Below, piece after piece: positions 27,043 to 36,349 of a stretch of 48,498 nt of DNA. The notes beneath the pieces are model-generated. The model was not told the origin of the DNA and did no database searches. It worked only from the letters and a program-made list of their open reading frames with translations. The first letter of the stretch is position 1. Each line of letters opens with the position of its first letter. This DNA comes from Opitutales bacterium (GTDB taxonomy: Bacteria > Verrucomicrobiota > Verrucomicrobiia > Opitutales > JABSRG01), in contig JBMYOQ010000022.1 in the NCBI GenBank assembly GCA_049599475.1, positions 1 to 48,498 on the forward strand, read 5' to 3'. The translations under genes were made by a program, and so were the position numbers.

Positions 27043-27644
27043 CGCGACACCTCCGCAGCTGAGTTTTCTGCCAATGTATTGATTTGCTTGAGCAAACCAG
27101 GATTGGCCAGAAGTTCGTCCACCGTGAACCGAGGGAATATGTGCTGGGGGCAATTCCAATCGTAGGCTTTGATCTCGAACTGGTAGATACGCTCGACGCG
27201 CGCCCGGTAATCCTTCGAGCTCAATGTTTCCACAAGCGCAGGCTCTTCTTCCGCGAAACTCACTTTGGCTTCCGCCCAAATCTTGACGCGCTGCCGAGTA
27301 GGATAATCCATCAAGATCATGGCGACTTTTCCGGTGTCCATAATGTTTCCGCTGCTGATGTGCTGGCGATTTCCCCGGAAATCTGCGAATCCAATGGTGC
27401 TTGGACCCAATGCTTTTAAGAAGCCTTTGGGCCCTCCCCTGTATTGCACGTAGGGCCATCCATTGGGCCCCACGGTCGACAAGTAAAAGTGATCCCGACT
27501 CTCGATGAACTCGACCTCCTGAGGAGTCAGGACATATCGATCTCCAGAGTTCTCCATTAGACTGTAATTTCTCCGAGAACCATCGCGTTCCTGGAGCTGT
27601 TTTACGGTTTCGCTGAATGTGTATTGTGTGAAGTTTTGATTCAT
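27039..27644 (-). CDS. Pyridoxamine 5'-phosphate oxidase-like FMN-binding protein
   Basis: FYLSTV..GWPYVQYRGGPKGFL, FADFRGNRQ.IS.GN, DWNCPQHI. Confidence 0.9.
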   Translation of the reverse strand: MNQNFTQYTFSETVKQLQERDGSRRNYSLMENSGDRYVLTPQEVEFIESRDHFYLSTVGPNGWPYVQYRGGPKGFLKALGPSTIGFADFRGNRQHISSGNIMDTGKVAMILMDYPTRQRVKIWAEAKVSFAEEEPALVETLSSKDYRARVERIYQFEIKAYDWNCPQHIFPRFTVDELLANPGLLKQINTLAENSAAEVSR

Positions 27645-27666
27645 AATTTTTGTTTCTTAAAAATTT

Positions 27667-27680
27667 ACCGAACGTTCGGT
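27667..27680. promoter_or_regulatory. Perfect palindromic operator (probable TetR site)
   Basis: ACCGAACGTTCGGT, 22 nt upstream of the PNPOx-like start. Confidence 0.8.
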
Positions 27681-27697
27681 TTTTGATGTTCAAAATT

Positions 27698-28246
27698 TTA
27701 GAGCAACTTCTCAGGCAAAGATTCCAAAGCTCTCAAAAAGGGTCCCTCATCATTCATTGCGCGTGAGAGGATAAGGCTTCCGTGAATCGAAGCGACCGCC
27801 TCTTCACCCAGAAGAGAGGCTCCTTTGGCCGGGTATCCCGCATCCTTCGCGAGTTGAGCAAACGCATCGATGAGTGAGCGCATATCTCCTGAGAAATCTT
27901 CCTGGAATAAGTCTGCGCCCTCGCCGATTGACATAACATCAAGCAAACACGACAGGCGACCATCTCGGTAAAAAGCTCGTAAGTTATTGATTACCAATCC
28001 TAAACGATCCGCGGGTGCCCGATCGCTGAGCAGTGGCTCGATGACCGAAGGCTTTATCGATTGAGCTCTCACTTGCTCGAGAACCGCTCGTCCCATCTCT
28101 TCTTTGCCTCCGGGAAAGAGATGATATAAACTCGATTTTTGGATCCCTACGGTGCGGGCCAATTCCGCCATGGTACTCCCGCTATACCCTTTGGTTCGGA
28201 AAACCTGGGCTAAGTTCTCTAAGGCAGCTGTACGGGTAGTTTTCAT
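27698..28246 (-). CDS. TetR-family transcriptional regulator (start trimmed to ATG 28246)
   Basis: FRTKGYSGSTMAELARTVGIQKSSLYHLFPGGKEEM HTH. Confidence 0.93.
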   Translation of the reverse strand: MKTTRTAALENLAQVFRTKGYSGSTMAELARTVGIQKSSLYHLFPGGKEEMGRAVLEQVRAQSIKPSVIEPLLSDRAPADRLGLVINNLRAFYRDGRLSCLLDVMSIGEGADLFQEDFSGDMRSLIDAFAQLAKDAGYPAKGASLLGEEAVASIHGSLILSRAMNDEGPFLRALESLPEKLL

Positions 28247-28257
28247 AAGCAATAAAT

Positions 28258-28271
28258 ACCGAACGTTCGTT
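28258..28271. promoter_or_regulatory. Second copy of the operator upstream of tetR (autoregulation)
   Basis: ACCGAACGTTCGTT, 13/14 identical to the 27667 palindrome. Confidence 0.75.
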
Positions 28272-28324
28272 TGTTTTTTTGTCAATAGAAATTTGCGGAT
28301 TTCCAAAAATCGCAAGTTTCTCCC

Positions 28325-28966
28325 TTAGGATCCGTACAGACCTTTCTTGTAACTCTCTCCGTAATAAGACTGGAGCTCTTCAAGACTGAGACCTGTCGTA
28401 TCAAAGGCCTTTGCAATACAGGCAACCGACGGTAGCTCATCAGGTTTCCATGTTTCAGCGTTCCATAAGTTAGATCTCATGAATGCTTTCGAACAATGGA
28501 AAAACACTTCCTCGATTTCGATCAATAAGGCGAGATCAGGGCGATGTCCTTTTACGGTCAAATCATCAAAAACCGGCCCATCCTTAACAATTCGCACGCG
28601 CCCATTGATGCGCAAAGTATCCGCCCGACCAGGAACAAAACAGAGCAATCCAACATGTGGATTCTGAATGATATTGTGGTAGCTATCGGCCCGCCGATTC
28701 CCCAATCGCTCCGGGACTAGAATCGTACGCTCGTCAATGACTTTGACGAATCCTGCGGGATCTCCCTTAGGCGAGACATCACACCTGCCCTCTCGATCAC
28801 TAGTCGCCATCAGTAAAAAGGGTGACGCGGCCAGCCATTGCATATCTATCTCGCCCAAGGCACTGCGTTCCTTGGTGCGTGCTCGTTCCGAAACAGGTCC
28901 GAGGATCTCCCGTAATTCCTCGGCTGATTCGACCTCTTCCCAATCATTTGCTGTTACGGCTTTCAT
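28325..28966 (-). CDS. PNPOx-like FMN-binding protein (MSMEG_1061-like)
   Basis: CDVSPKGDPAGFV, PERLGNRRADS..NI..NPHVGL, TLRINGR, FFHCSKAFMRS.LW. Confidence 0.9.
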   Translation of the reverse strand: MKAVTANDWEEVESAEELREILGPVSERARTKERSALGEIDMQWLAASPFLLMATSDREGRCDVSPKGDPAGFVKVIDERTILVPERLGNRRADSYHNIIQNPHVGLLCFVPGRADTLRINGRVRIVKDGPVFDDLTVKGHRPDLALLIEIEEVFFHCSKAFMRSNLWNAETWKPDELPSVACIAKAFDTTGLSLEELQSYYGESYKKGLYGS

Positions 28967-29034
28967 ATTCGATTTAGATAGCAGTACTCCTGCGCAAGGC
29001 GATTAGTGAGTCGCCCAGTTACAGGAATTTCACC

Positions 29035-30492
29035 TCATACGACTCGCAAAGCTTCAGCAGCCAAATCGCGAACATGCCGTCCAAGAACTTTGATCGATTC
29101 TTCGATTTTCGCATCCATAGGATGCCCCGTCGTAATGCGGATACGATCGGATGAAGATCCCACCGGGCAAAACAGTTGCCCAGGTGCGATGCTGATACCG
29201 TCTTTCAAGGCCAAAGCGTGGAGGTCTAAGGCATTCACTCCCTGCGGAAGCTGGATCCACAAAGCACAGCCCCCTCCGGGCTGGCTCACTCGAGTCCCTT
29301 TCGGGAATGCATTGAGAACCGCCTCACTCGTTTGAGCCATCTGGGTGCAGAGAGCGGATCGTAATTTCCTGAGATGCCGGTCGTAAGATTCGGATTGGAG
29401 AAATTTCGAGAGCGCAATCTGCGGTATCATGGGCGTGGCCACAGTGCTAATATATTTGAGGCGCCGAACGCGCTCAGCGTAATCACCCGCGGCTATCCAG
29501 CCTACTCGAAGTCCCGGCGAAAGCGTTTTCGAAAAAGAAGCGCAGTAGATCACATTGCAGCCTTTTCCATAGCCCTTTAGTGGCTTGGGACGCTGCCCTG
29601 AAAAGACGAGTTCCCCATAATTATCATCTTCAATACAAGGAACTCCGTGATCCTCAAGGAGATGAACCATGCGCTCACGATCATTCGGGGTCATACAATG
29701 ACCACTCGGATTGCTAAAATTTGAGTTCAGAATAAATGCTTTGATCGGATGTTTCTCGAGAGCGATTTCGAGCAAGTTCAAGTCGACTCCTGATTCAGAA
29801 GTCACCGGTATCGCAATAGCTTTGAGTCCCAGACTTTCGATGATCTCGAGAATCCCGAAATAACACGGCGATTCCACGGCAATGATATCCCCTGGCTTAG
29901 CTACCGCCCGGAGAGCTAAGTTCAGAGCCTCCATGGTCCCAATCGTTATGGCGATTTCCTCCTGGGGAACATCACAACCCATGCGGGTGAACCGCAGAGC
30001 GAGCTGCCGGATAAGCTCCGGATAACCGATCGTGATATCATAGCGTCCGATCGTTTCCATGTGCTCACGTGAAGCGGATGACATGTAGCGCGAAATTCGC
30101 TCAATTGGGAGTAATTCCGGCGCAGGGATCGCAGTGCCCAGTGCCACAAGATTGGGATCGCCAGCCGCTTGAAATACATCAGCAGCGATGTCTGAGACCC
30201 CGACTACTGTCGGCTCCAGCGAACACAGGGTCGAATCCGGCAACGGTGTCTCCCGGACCTTTCTCCATTTTACATAGAAACCGGACCTTGGGCGCGCTTC
30301 AATCCACCCGCGGGCTTCTAAAAGAGCCATTGCCTGCATCGCAGTCGCAGCACTCACCGCCTCCTCACGGCAAATAGACCGAACAGATGGCAATTTATCT
30401 CCCACCCGCAATAAGCCTGAAGCAATCTGATCAGAAAACTTCCGCGTTAGTCGCTCATAGATATACTCCTCCACCCCTTCTGCAGTCTTCAT
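29035..30492 (-). CDS. MocR/GabR-family regulator (GntR HTH + PLP aminotransferase-like domain)
   Basis: GDKLPSVR, IEARPRSGFYV, NFSNPSG, IEDDNY, SFSKTLSPGLRVGW. Confidence 0.95.
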   Translation of the reverse strand: MKTAEGVEEYIYERLTRKFSDQIASGLLRVGDKLPSVRSICREEAVSAATAMQAMALLEARGWIEARPRSGFYVKWRKVRETPLPDSTLCSLEPTVVGVSDIAADVFQAAGDPNLVALGTAIPAPELLPIERISRYMSSASREHMETIGRYDITIGYPELIRQLALRFTRMGCDVPQEEIAITIGTMEALNLALRAVAKPGDIIAVESPCYFGILEIIESLGLKAIAIPVTSESGVDLNLLEIALEKHPIKAFILNSNFSNPSGHCMTPNDRERMVHLLEDHGVPCIEDDNYGELVFSGQRPKPLKGYGKGCNVIYCASFSKTLSPGLRVGWIAAGDYAERVRRLKYISTVATPMIPQIALSKFLQSESYDRHLRKLRSALCTQMAQTSEAVLNAFPKGTRVSQPGGGCALWIQLPQGVNALDLHALALKDGISIAPGQLFCPVGSSSDRIRITTGHPMDAKIEESIKVLGRHVRDLAAEALRVV

Positions 30493-30645
30493 CGCAACAC
30501 TATAACAAATTGCTACCAGACAATACAGAAACAGATTAGCTCATTGACGACCAGTACAGATTAAAAATCCCCACACTGTACTACGTATACTTTTTGGCGA
30601 CTACATCTAACAAGAGTTCAAAATTCTGGCAGAATATGCAGCGCT

Positions 30646-30810
30646 ATGATCAAGGACTTACTGCTCAGGACATTCGATAACTGGTTCGGAAGAAATCAGA
30701 GAATTCGGGTCGTTTCAGACCCTCGGGAGCTTTCCTCTCTGCCCAAAGGTTCAATCGTAATCGCAGGCCCACGGATCACTGTCATCGAGCCAGCGAATCC
30801 AACAAAATAA
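30646..30810 (+). CDS. Putative 54-aa small protein divergent from the MocR regulator (below the ORF-track cutoff)
   Basis: Translated by hand: MIKDLLLRTFDNWFGRNQRIRVVSDPRELSSLPKGSIVIAGPRITVIEPANPTK*; followed by a long hairpin. Confidence 0.55.
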   Translation: MIKDLLLRTFDNWFGRNQRIRVVSDPRELSSLPKGSIVIAGPRITVIEPANPTK

Positions 30811-30823
30811 AATCTATTTTCAA

Positions 30824-30896
30824 AAAGCCGACTCGTGGCCAAGCGTGGTTCAGGTAAGGGCGCATCTGCAAATACACAGGCTACGAGTTGGGCTTT
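30824..30896 (+). terminator. Long stem-loop after the small ORF
   Basis: AAAGCCGACTCGTGGCC (30824-30840) / GGCTACGAGTTGGGCTTT (30879-30896); G-U pairs favour the + strand. Confidence 0.5.
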
Positions 30897-31168
30897 ACTT
30901 CCAGTGAAGTGCTAAAAAAGCCTTTTCACTTATTTCCGAAAATCACCGCTATCGAAAATAACGGAGCTATGTGGCTACTTCCAGGGTAACCCCAATGGTA
31001 GTAGCCGATCTCCGAGCGGCTGAATGCTGCGGGCAAAATTACTGAGTCCACGGCTTGGAAAACCGCGGCTACCGTAGAACATAATAAAGAAAGGACGAAC
31101 CGCCACATCTTCGGATACCGAAACATGTGTAAGAGACCCCATTAAAGACCAAAGCTCCACCTCCAGGG

Positions 31169-31199
31169 AAAAAAAAAGACCGCTCACGAGGAGCGGCCT
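31169..31199 (-). terminator. Rho-independent terminator of fumC
   Basis: Minus strand AGGCCGCTC-CTCGT-GAGCGGTCT followed by a T run, 12 nt after the stop. Confidence 0.88.
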
Positions 31200-31211
31200 A
31201 AGGGGAAATGA

Positions 31212-32606
31212 TTAAATATTACCCGTCATCTTAGCGGGCACCACCCACTCGTCGAACTGCTCGGATGTAAGGATACCCAGCTCGAGCGCTGCCGCCTTGA
31301 GCGAAGTATTTTCCGCGTGGGCTTTCTTCGCAATCTTCGCTGCATTATCGTATCCAATATGTGGATTCAATGCAGTTACCAGCATCAGAGAGTTCTCTAA
31401 GTGCTCATCGATTCGTGCTTGGTTTGGCTCAATGCCGACTGCACAATTGTCATTGAAAGCCTGGCACGCATCGCCCAATAAATTTGCGGATTGGAGGAAG
31501 GCATTGATCATCACTGGTTTGTAGACATTCAATTCGAAGTGCCCGTTTGATCCGCCAATTGTGATCGTTACATCATTACCCAAGACCTGAGTGCACACCA
31601 TGGTGAGCGCTTCCACTTGCGTAGGATTCACCTTACCCGGCATAATCGATGAACCTGGCTCGTTCGCCGGAATGATGAGTTCCCCAATTCCAGACCGTGG
31701 GCCCGAAGCAAGCAGGCGAATGTCGTTTGCAATCTTAGTGAGTGCTACCGCAAGTTGCTTCAATGCGCCATGCGACTCAACAATCGCATCGTGAGCCGCA
31801 AGCGATTCGAATTTGTTTTCAGCACTTACGAACGGATAGCCTGTTAGCTGAGCAATCGTCTTCGATACAGATTCTGCATAGCCCTTCGGTGCGTTCAAAC
31901 CTGTGCCCACTGCTGTGCCACCGAGAGCCAGCTCAAGTAGGTGCGGGAAGGTATTTTCAAGAGCCTTGAGGCCGTGATCAAGCTGAGACACGTAGCCTGA
32001 GAATTCCTGACCGAGGGTCAAAGGCGTCGCGTCCATCCAGTGGGTGCGCCCGATTTTTACAACATCCTTCATCGCTTCACCCTTTTCAGCGAGCGTGTCG
32101 CGCAGGGTTTTGATCTTCGGAATGGTCTGTTCGACAAGCGTCTTGTAAGCCGCGATATGCATCGCGGTTGGGAAAGTGTCATTGGATGACTGCGATTTGT
32201 TTACGTCGTCATTCGGGTGAATGGTGCGCGCACCTTCGCCCAGGGTATTCCCTTCGATGACGTGTGCACGATTCGCCACGACCTCATTGGTGTTCATATT
32301 TGACTGGGTGCCCGATCCTGTTTGCCAAACAACCAGAGGGAAATGATCTTCAAGCTCGCCAGCGATGATCTCGTCGCATGCAGCCGCAATGAGCTTAGCT
32401 TTCTCCTCAGGAAGCACGCCCTTTTCGACATTCGTCAAGGCCGCAGCTTTCTTCAGATAACCAAATGCCTGAATGATCTCCTTGGGCATTGATGCCGCCG
32501 GCCCGATTGGGAAATTTTGAATAGAGCGCTGAGTCTGTGCGCCCCAGTATTTATCAGCAGGCACCTCTACGGGTCCCATTGTGTCTTTTTCTATACGAGT
32601 TTTCAT
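31212..32606 (-). CDS. fumC: Class II fumarate hydratase
   Basis: [46 protein letters not shown]. Confidence 0.99.
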   Translation of the reverse strand: MKTRIEKDTMGPVEVPADKYWGAQTQRSIQNFPIGPAASMPKEIIQAFGYLKKAAALTNVEKGVLPEEKAKLIAAACDEIIAGELEDHFPLVVWQTGSGTQSNMNTNEVVANRAHVIEGNTLGEGARTIHPNDDVNKSQSSNDTFPTAMHIAAYKTLVEQTIPKIKTLRDTLAEKGEAMKDVVKIGRTHWMDATPLTLGQEFSGYVSQLDHGLKALENTFPHLLELALGGTAVGTGLNAPKGYAESVSKTIAQLTGYPFVSAENKFESLAAHDAIVESHGALKQLAVALTKIANDIRLLASGPRSGIGELIIPANEPGSSIMPGKVNPTQVEALTMVCTQVLGNDVTITIGGSNGHFELNVYKPVMINAFLQSANLLGDACQAFNDNCAVGIEPNQARIDEHLENSLMLVTALNPHIGYDNAAKIAKKAHAENTSLKAAALELGILTSEQFDEWVVPAKMTGNI

Positions 32607-32878
32607 GGTCTAGGTAATCTCCCTGATAAGTAGAATTTGATAGACTGCATTTAGATAAAAGCAAAGTGAATAGCACACTGGGTTCAGATAAGGTAGCTTC
32701 CGATACTATTTCCTGCGCTTATCGAACTCATCAAAGAAACTTTTTGCCCAAATTCGTTCAACTTAACCTAAGCGTCACTCGGCTGACACGTTAGCGGGGG
32801 ATTCTTAGCCGATATTTCTACAAGGCCGAAAGACAAAACACCCACCTGGCGACGCTTTAGCGTCTCAACTGAATTCCA

Positions 32879-33940
32879 ATGCAATACGTCCTCAAAACTC
32901 TTTTTACTCTCTGCACCGCATGTCTAGCACTTGCTGACACTCAGCCTATTCAGATCAATGAATCCTGGTTTACCACGGAGGCCGCGGCGGAAAACGTCGA
33001 CTCAATCGCCGTCTGGGACAACCGAGAGGGCGACGTGCCTTGGATGTTGGTTACGGCAAAGGCCAGTCACTGCCTACATGTTTACGACGCGAGCAATGGC
33101 CAATTCTTAAAGCGCGTCGGGGGCCAAGGCGCGTTTCCGGGGCAGCTAGATCGACCCAATGGGCTCTTCGTCATCAATGACCTACTCTTGGTCGTGGAGC
33201 GTGATAATCAGCGTGTGCAAGTCTTCAAACTCCCAGAATTCGAGCCACTCACTTCATTTGGCCAAGATGTATTGATAAAACCATACGGGCTTTGGGTACA
33301 ACAATTACCCTCAGACCCTGAAGAGCCCAATGCGGAGCTGTATCAGGTATTCGTAACAGACAATTACGAATTCGCTGAAGGCGCTCGCACGGCTGATGGG
33401 GAGATTCCGCCAGCCACAGAACTGGGCGACCGAATCCGTGTGTTTACCTTAGAGCGCGAAGCGGGCACAGCCGAAGGCGAACTTGATTTTAGCTTCGGCG
33501 ATACATCGGGCCCAGGCATGCTCCGTATAGTAGAATCCATTTATGGCGACCCCTCTCACGACCATCTGATTATCAGCGAGGAAGATCCTATCGAAGGCTC
33601 CAGCCTAAAAATTTATACACTCAAAGGAAAATTCACCGGAGAACGAATTGGCCAAGATGTATTCAAGTTCCAATCTGAGGGAATAGTCTTAGATACCAAG
33701 AACAATTGGGTCATCGCAACCGACCAGGGCAAACAGGCTAATTATTTTCATGCCTTCGATCGGGAGATTTTTAAGTATATAGCGTCATTCTCTGGCAACT
33801 ACACTTTAAACACAGATGGGGCCTGCTTATTCCCCCAGGCAATAGGGCCGTATGCGGGCGGACTTTTCTTCGCGATCAACAACGATAAGCAAGTCGCTGC
33901 CTTTGATTGGGATGTGGTTTCGTTGAAGATCAAAGAGTAG
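32879..33940 (+). CDS. Secreted beta-propeller phytase-like protein
   Basis: Signal peptide; NVDSIAVW, TAKA..LHVYD, RPNG, ESIYGD, QSEGI, ATDQG, NTDG, INND motifs. Confidence 0.72.
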   Translation: MQYVLKTLFTLCTACLALADTQPIQINESWFTTEAAAENVDSIAVWDNREGDVPWMLVTAKASHCLHVYDASNGQFLKRVGGQGAFPGQLDRPNGLFVINDLLLVVERDNQRVQVFKLPEFEPLTSFGQDVLIKPYGLWVQQLPSDPEEPNAELYQVFVTDNYEFAEGARTADGEIPPATELGDRIRVFTLEREAGTAEGELDFSFGDTSGPGMLRIVESIYGDPSHDHLIISEEDPIEGSSLKIYTLKGKFTGERIGQDVFKFQSEGIVLDTKNNWVIATDQGKQANYFHAFDREIFKYIASFSGNYTLNTDGACLFPQAIGPYAGGLFFAINNDKQVAAFDWDVVSLKIKE

Positions 33941-33962
33941 CGGGTCTAAATATTGGGAAATA

Positions 33963-34040
33963 GGTAGGGCGAACTGTCCCGGTGAGCCAAAGTGCACACA
34001 GTCCTTACCAGGTGGCTCACCGAGGACGGTTCGCCCTACC
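33963..34040. repeat. GTAG-family REP doublet between convergent genes
   Basis: GGTAGGGCGAACTGTCCCGGTGAGCC (33963-33988) inverted to GGCTCACCGAGGACGGTTCGCCCTACC (34014-34040). Confidence 0.85.
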
Positions 34041-34048
34041 CTTGAGAA

Positions 34049-34918
34049 TTACTCCCGAAATCTGACCTGCTCTTCGATGAATGTGGGAAATTTGGAAATC
34101 GAAGTCAGCTCAAGTTTTTTGAAGTAGCACTCGGCCGCTTCAGACTGGAGCTGTATTTGCCCTTGGGTGAGGGGAGTCCCATCAGGCTTTGCCGCATCTT
34201 CGACCACCATGACGATGTGACCGTTGACCAGGTGCACAGCATCATTCCCCAAGACATATATTTCTAGGTGATTCCATTCTCCATGGGGTACATCGTGCTC
34301 AGACGCAGCGTGTATATAACCGCGAGCTAAAAAGTAATTATCGCTTTCCGGGTCGTAGCGTTTGTCCTGACCGCGCACATACGAAGTGGGACCCGGCACT
34401 TTTTGTGGTTTTGCGGTATTTCCAGCCAGTGGAATGTAGTCTCCCAAATCCGTTTCCTGAACCTGATATTCAAGACAAGTTTTCCACACTTCCCAGAAAC
34501 GCCCGTGCTCGCCATAGCAGTGATAAAGAATCCCTGAGTCTCTTTTAACGGTTGCACGCGGGGGCCATTTTTTATCTCCCCATTTGAAGAATACGCTTAA
34601 GTGATAGTCACTATATTTTTCGAGAGTAGTCAGAGCTCCAAAAATTTCTCCCGAGACTTTTAGGACCACCTCTCCATCTTCTTCGATGGTCGTGAAGATG
34701 TCCTTTAGATTCTGGCCCAATCCTATCGGAGTCCCTTTCTTTACATTCTTTGATTGATATGTTCCTTCGGGAAGACCTTCGCTATCTACGTGTGGAACCC
34801 CGAGCCATATCTCGAACTTACTGAGGTCTTCATCTAGCAGGCTCTGAGTGTGTGTACAGGCACTCGTTAATAAGATAATACATGCGCACAGTGCCGTGCG
34901 AATACTGAGGGTTCTCAT
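34049..34918 (-). CDS. DUF1080 (3-keto-disaccharide hydrolase-like) lipoprotein
   Basis: Lipobox [53 protein letters not shown]. Confidence 0.88.
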   Translation of the reverse strand: MRTLSIRTALCACIILLTSACTHTQSLLDEDLSKFEIWLGVPHVDSEGLPEGTYQSKNVKKGTPIGLGQNLKDIFTTIEEDGEVVLKVSGEIFGALTTLEKYSDYHLSVFFKWGDKKWPPRATVKRDSGILYHCYGEHGRFWEVWKTCLEYQVQETDLGDYIPLAGNTAKPQKVPGPTSYVRGQDKRYDPESDNYFLARGYIHAASEHDVPHGEWNHLEIYVLGNDAVHLVNGHIVMVVEDAAKPDGTPLTQGQIQLQSEAAECYFKKLELTSISKFPTFIEEQVRFRE

Positions 34919-35196
34919 GAGGTATATGGGATAGGTGATTCAACGATTTTACCCAAATCGCATTCCGGTGATTGTTTGGAGACATAACATACGCCCCGAC
35001 TTTGTAAAGAGCAGGACTGAGCTTATCTCTCTAGATTCCATTATGAATATACATTCGGTTCTCGCGCCAGAGGAACTCTTGGCCACGGCTCCTCGAGCGA
35101 ACGCGAGAAAAACGACGTATTTAGAAGTCAAATACGGTTTTGAGAATGGGTTCCGAAACCTTAGACCCTTTCTCAAAATGATTTTCGCAAAAAAAT

Positions 35197-35311
35197 GGCA
35201 GGGCAAGCCGTCTAGGTAAGCCGATCGAGGGCCTGGCAAAGGCTTAAACATCGCGGCTTACCGGGACCGTCCTTCGCAAATGCTATGGCGGACATAGCGG
35301 TTCGCCCTACC
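35197..35311. repeat. Degenerate REP doublet with a ~30-bp insertion in the right arm
   Basis: Left arm 35197-35223; right arm CGGCTTACCGGGAC[35268-35297 insert]CGGTTCGCCCTACC, compared with the intact copy at 34014-34040. Confidence 0.7.
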
Positions 35312-35449
35312 GCTTTTGTTATTCGCAAGTGTGGATTTACCAGAGTTAACGAAAACACTTTTGAACAACCGTGTTGCACTCGAGGCAGACAGTTCGGCAA
35401 AAATCCTGGGTCTTAAAACTCAGCGATCAATCGGATGGCTCTGCAAACA

Positions 35450-36256
35450 CTATTTCAGCCCGCTCAAGGTCGGCATTTTCGGCACGGCATCTATAAGCTT
35501 CTGCGTGTAAGGATCTTGAGGGTTTGCGTAGATATTATCCGCACTTGCGTGTTCTACGAGTTTACCACGATTCATCACGAGCACCTCATCGCTAATATGC
35601 TCAACGATAGCCAAATCGTGAGCGATGAAGAGGTAGGTCAAATTCATCTCCTTCTGTAAATCTTGGAGCAAATTCACGATCTGCGCCTGGACACTCACAT
35701 CGAGCGCGCTGACCGATTCGTCGCAGATCACAAAGCGAGGCTCTAGAATCAGGGAACGCGCAATATTGATCCGCTGGCGTTGCCCTCCGCTGAACTGGTG
35801 GGGGTAGCGATTCAAGAAATCTGCCGATAATCCCACTTTATCCAGGAAGGAACCAATCTTCGCCCGGCGCTCTTCGCGCGACATTTCGGGAAAATGGATT
35901 TGCAAGGGCTCCGCAATAATCGCCTCCACCGTCATGCGCGGGTCGAGGGAATTATAGGGATCCTGAAAAATCATCTGAATCTGCTTCCGGTAAGGAAAAA
36001 ATGAGCGCTCGTCTAAATCCGAGATTTTCGCGCCCTCAAAGAATACCTCACCGCCACTCAATGGCGCTAGACGCGTAATAGCCCGACCCAGAGTACTCTT
36101 TCCACTTCCGCTCTCGCCGACTAAGCCAACCGTAGTTCCAGCTTTCACTGAGAAGGACACATCATCGACCGCCTTCACCACATGTTTCTGGGATCCGAGA
36201 AAACCCGTGGCGGATTCGAAATATACTTTTACGTTTCTTGCTTCGAGCAGGGACAC
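35450..36256 (-). CDS. Oligopeptide/dipeptide ABC transporter ATP-binding subunit (OppF/DppF-like)
   Basis: GLVGESGSGKST, QMIFQDPY.SL.PR, RYPHQFSGGQRQR, DESVSALDVSVQAQ, FIAHDL. Confidence 0.93.
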   Translation of the reverse strand: MSLLEARNVKVYFESATGFLGSQKHVVKAVDDVSFSVKAGTTVGLVGESGSGKSTLGRAITRLAPLSGGEVFFEGAKISDLDERSFFPYRKQIQMIFQDPYNSLDPRMTVEAIIAEPLQIHFPEMSREERRAKIGSFLDKVGLSADFLNRYPHQFSGGQRQRINIARSLILEPRFVICDESVSALDVSVQAQIVNLLQDLQKEMNLTYLFIAHDLAIVEHISDEVLVMNRGKLVEHASADNIYANPQDPYTQKLIDAVPKMPTLSGLK

Positions 36257-36349
36257 TGTTAAATAAGTTACGTCTGGGAATTCATCTGTAAACCAGCAAT
36301 CGCTATTTTTCTCTAAGAAATACGCCGCCCGAACGTATCCAACACTATA

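Noticed and set aside
26836..27693. 285-aa ORF overlapping the PNPOx-like gene
   Set aside because: It is an alternative frame of a clear gene; only its last 68 codons have independent support.
34935..35510. Several 62-100-aa ORFs in the intergenic region
   Set aside because: They run through REP and hairpin sequence on both strands and have no protein-like features.
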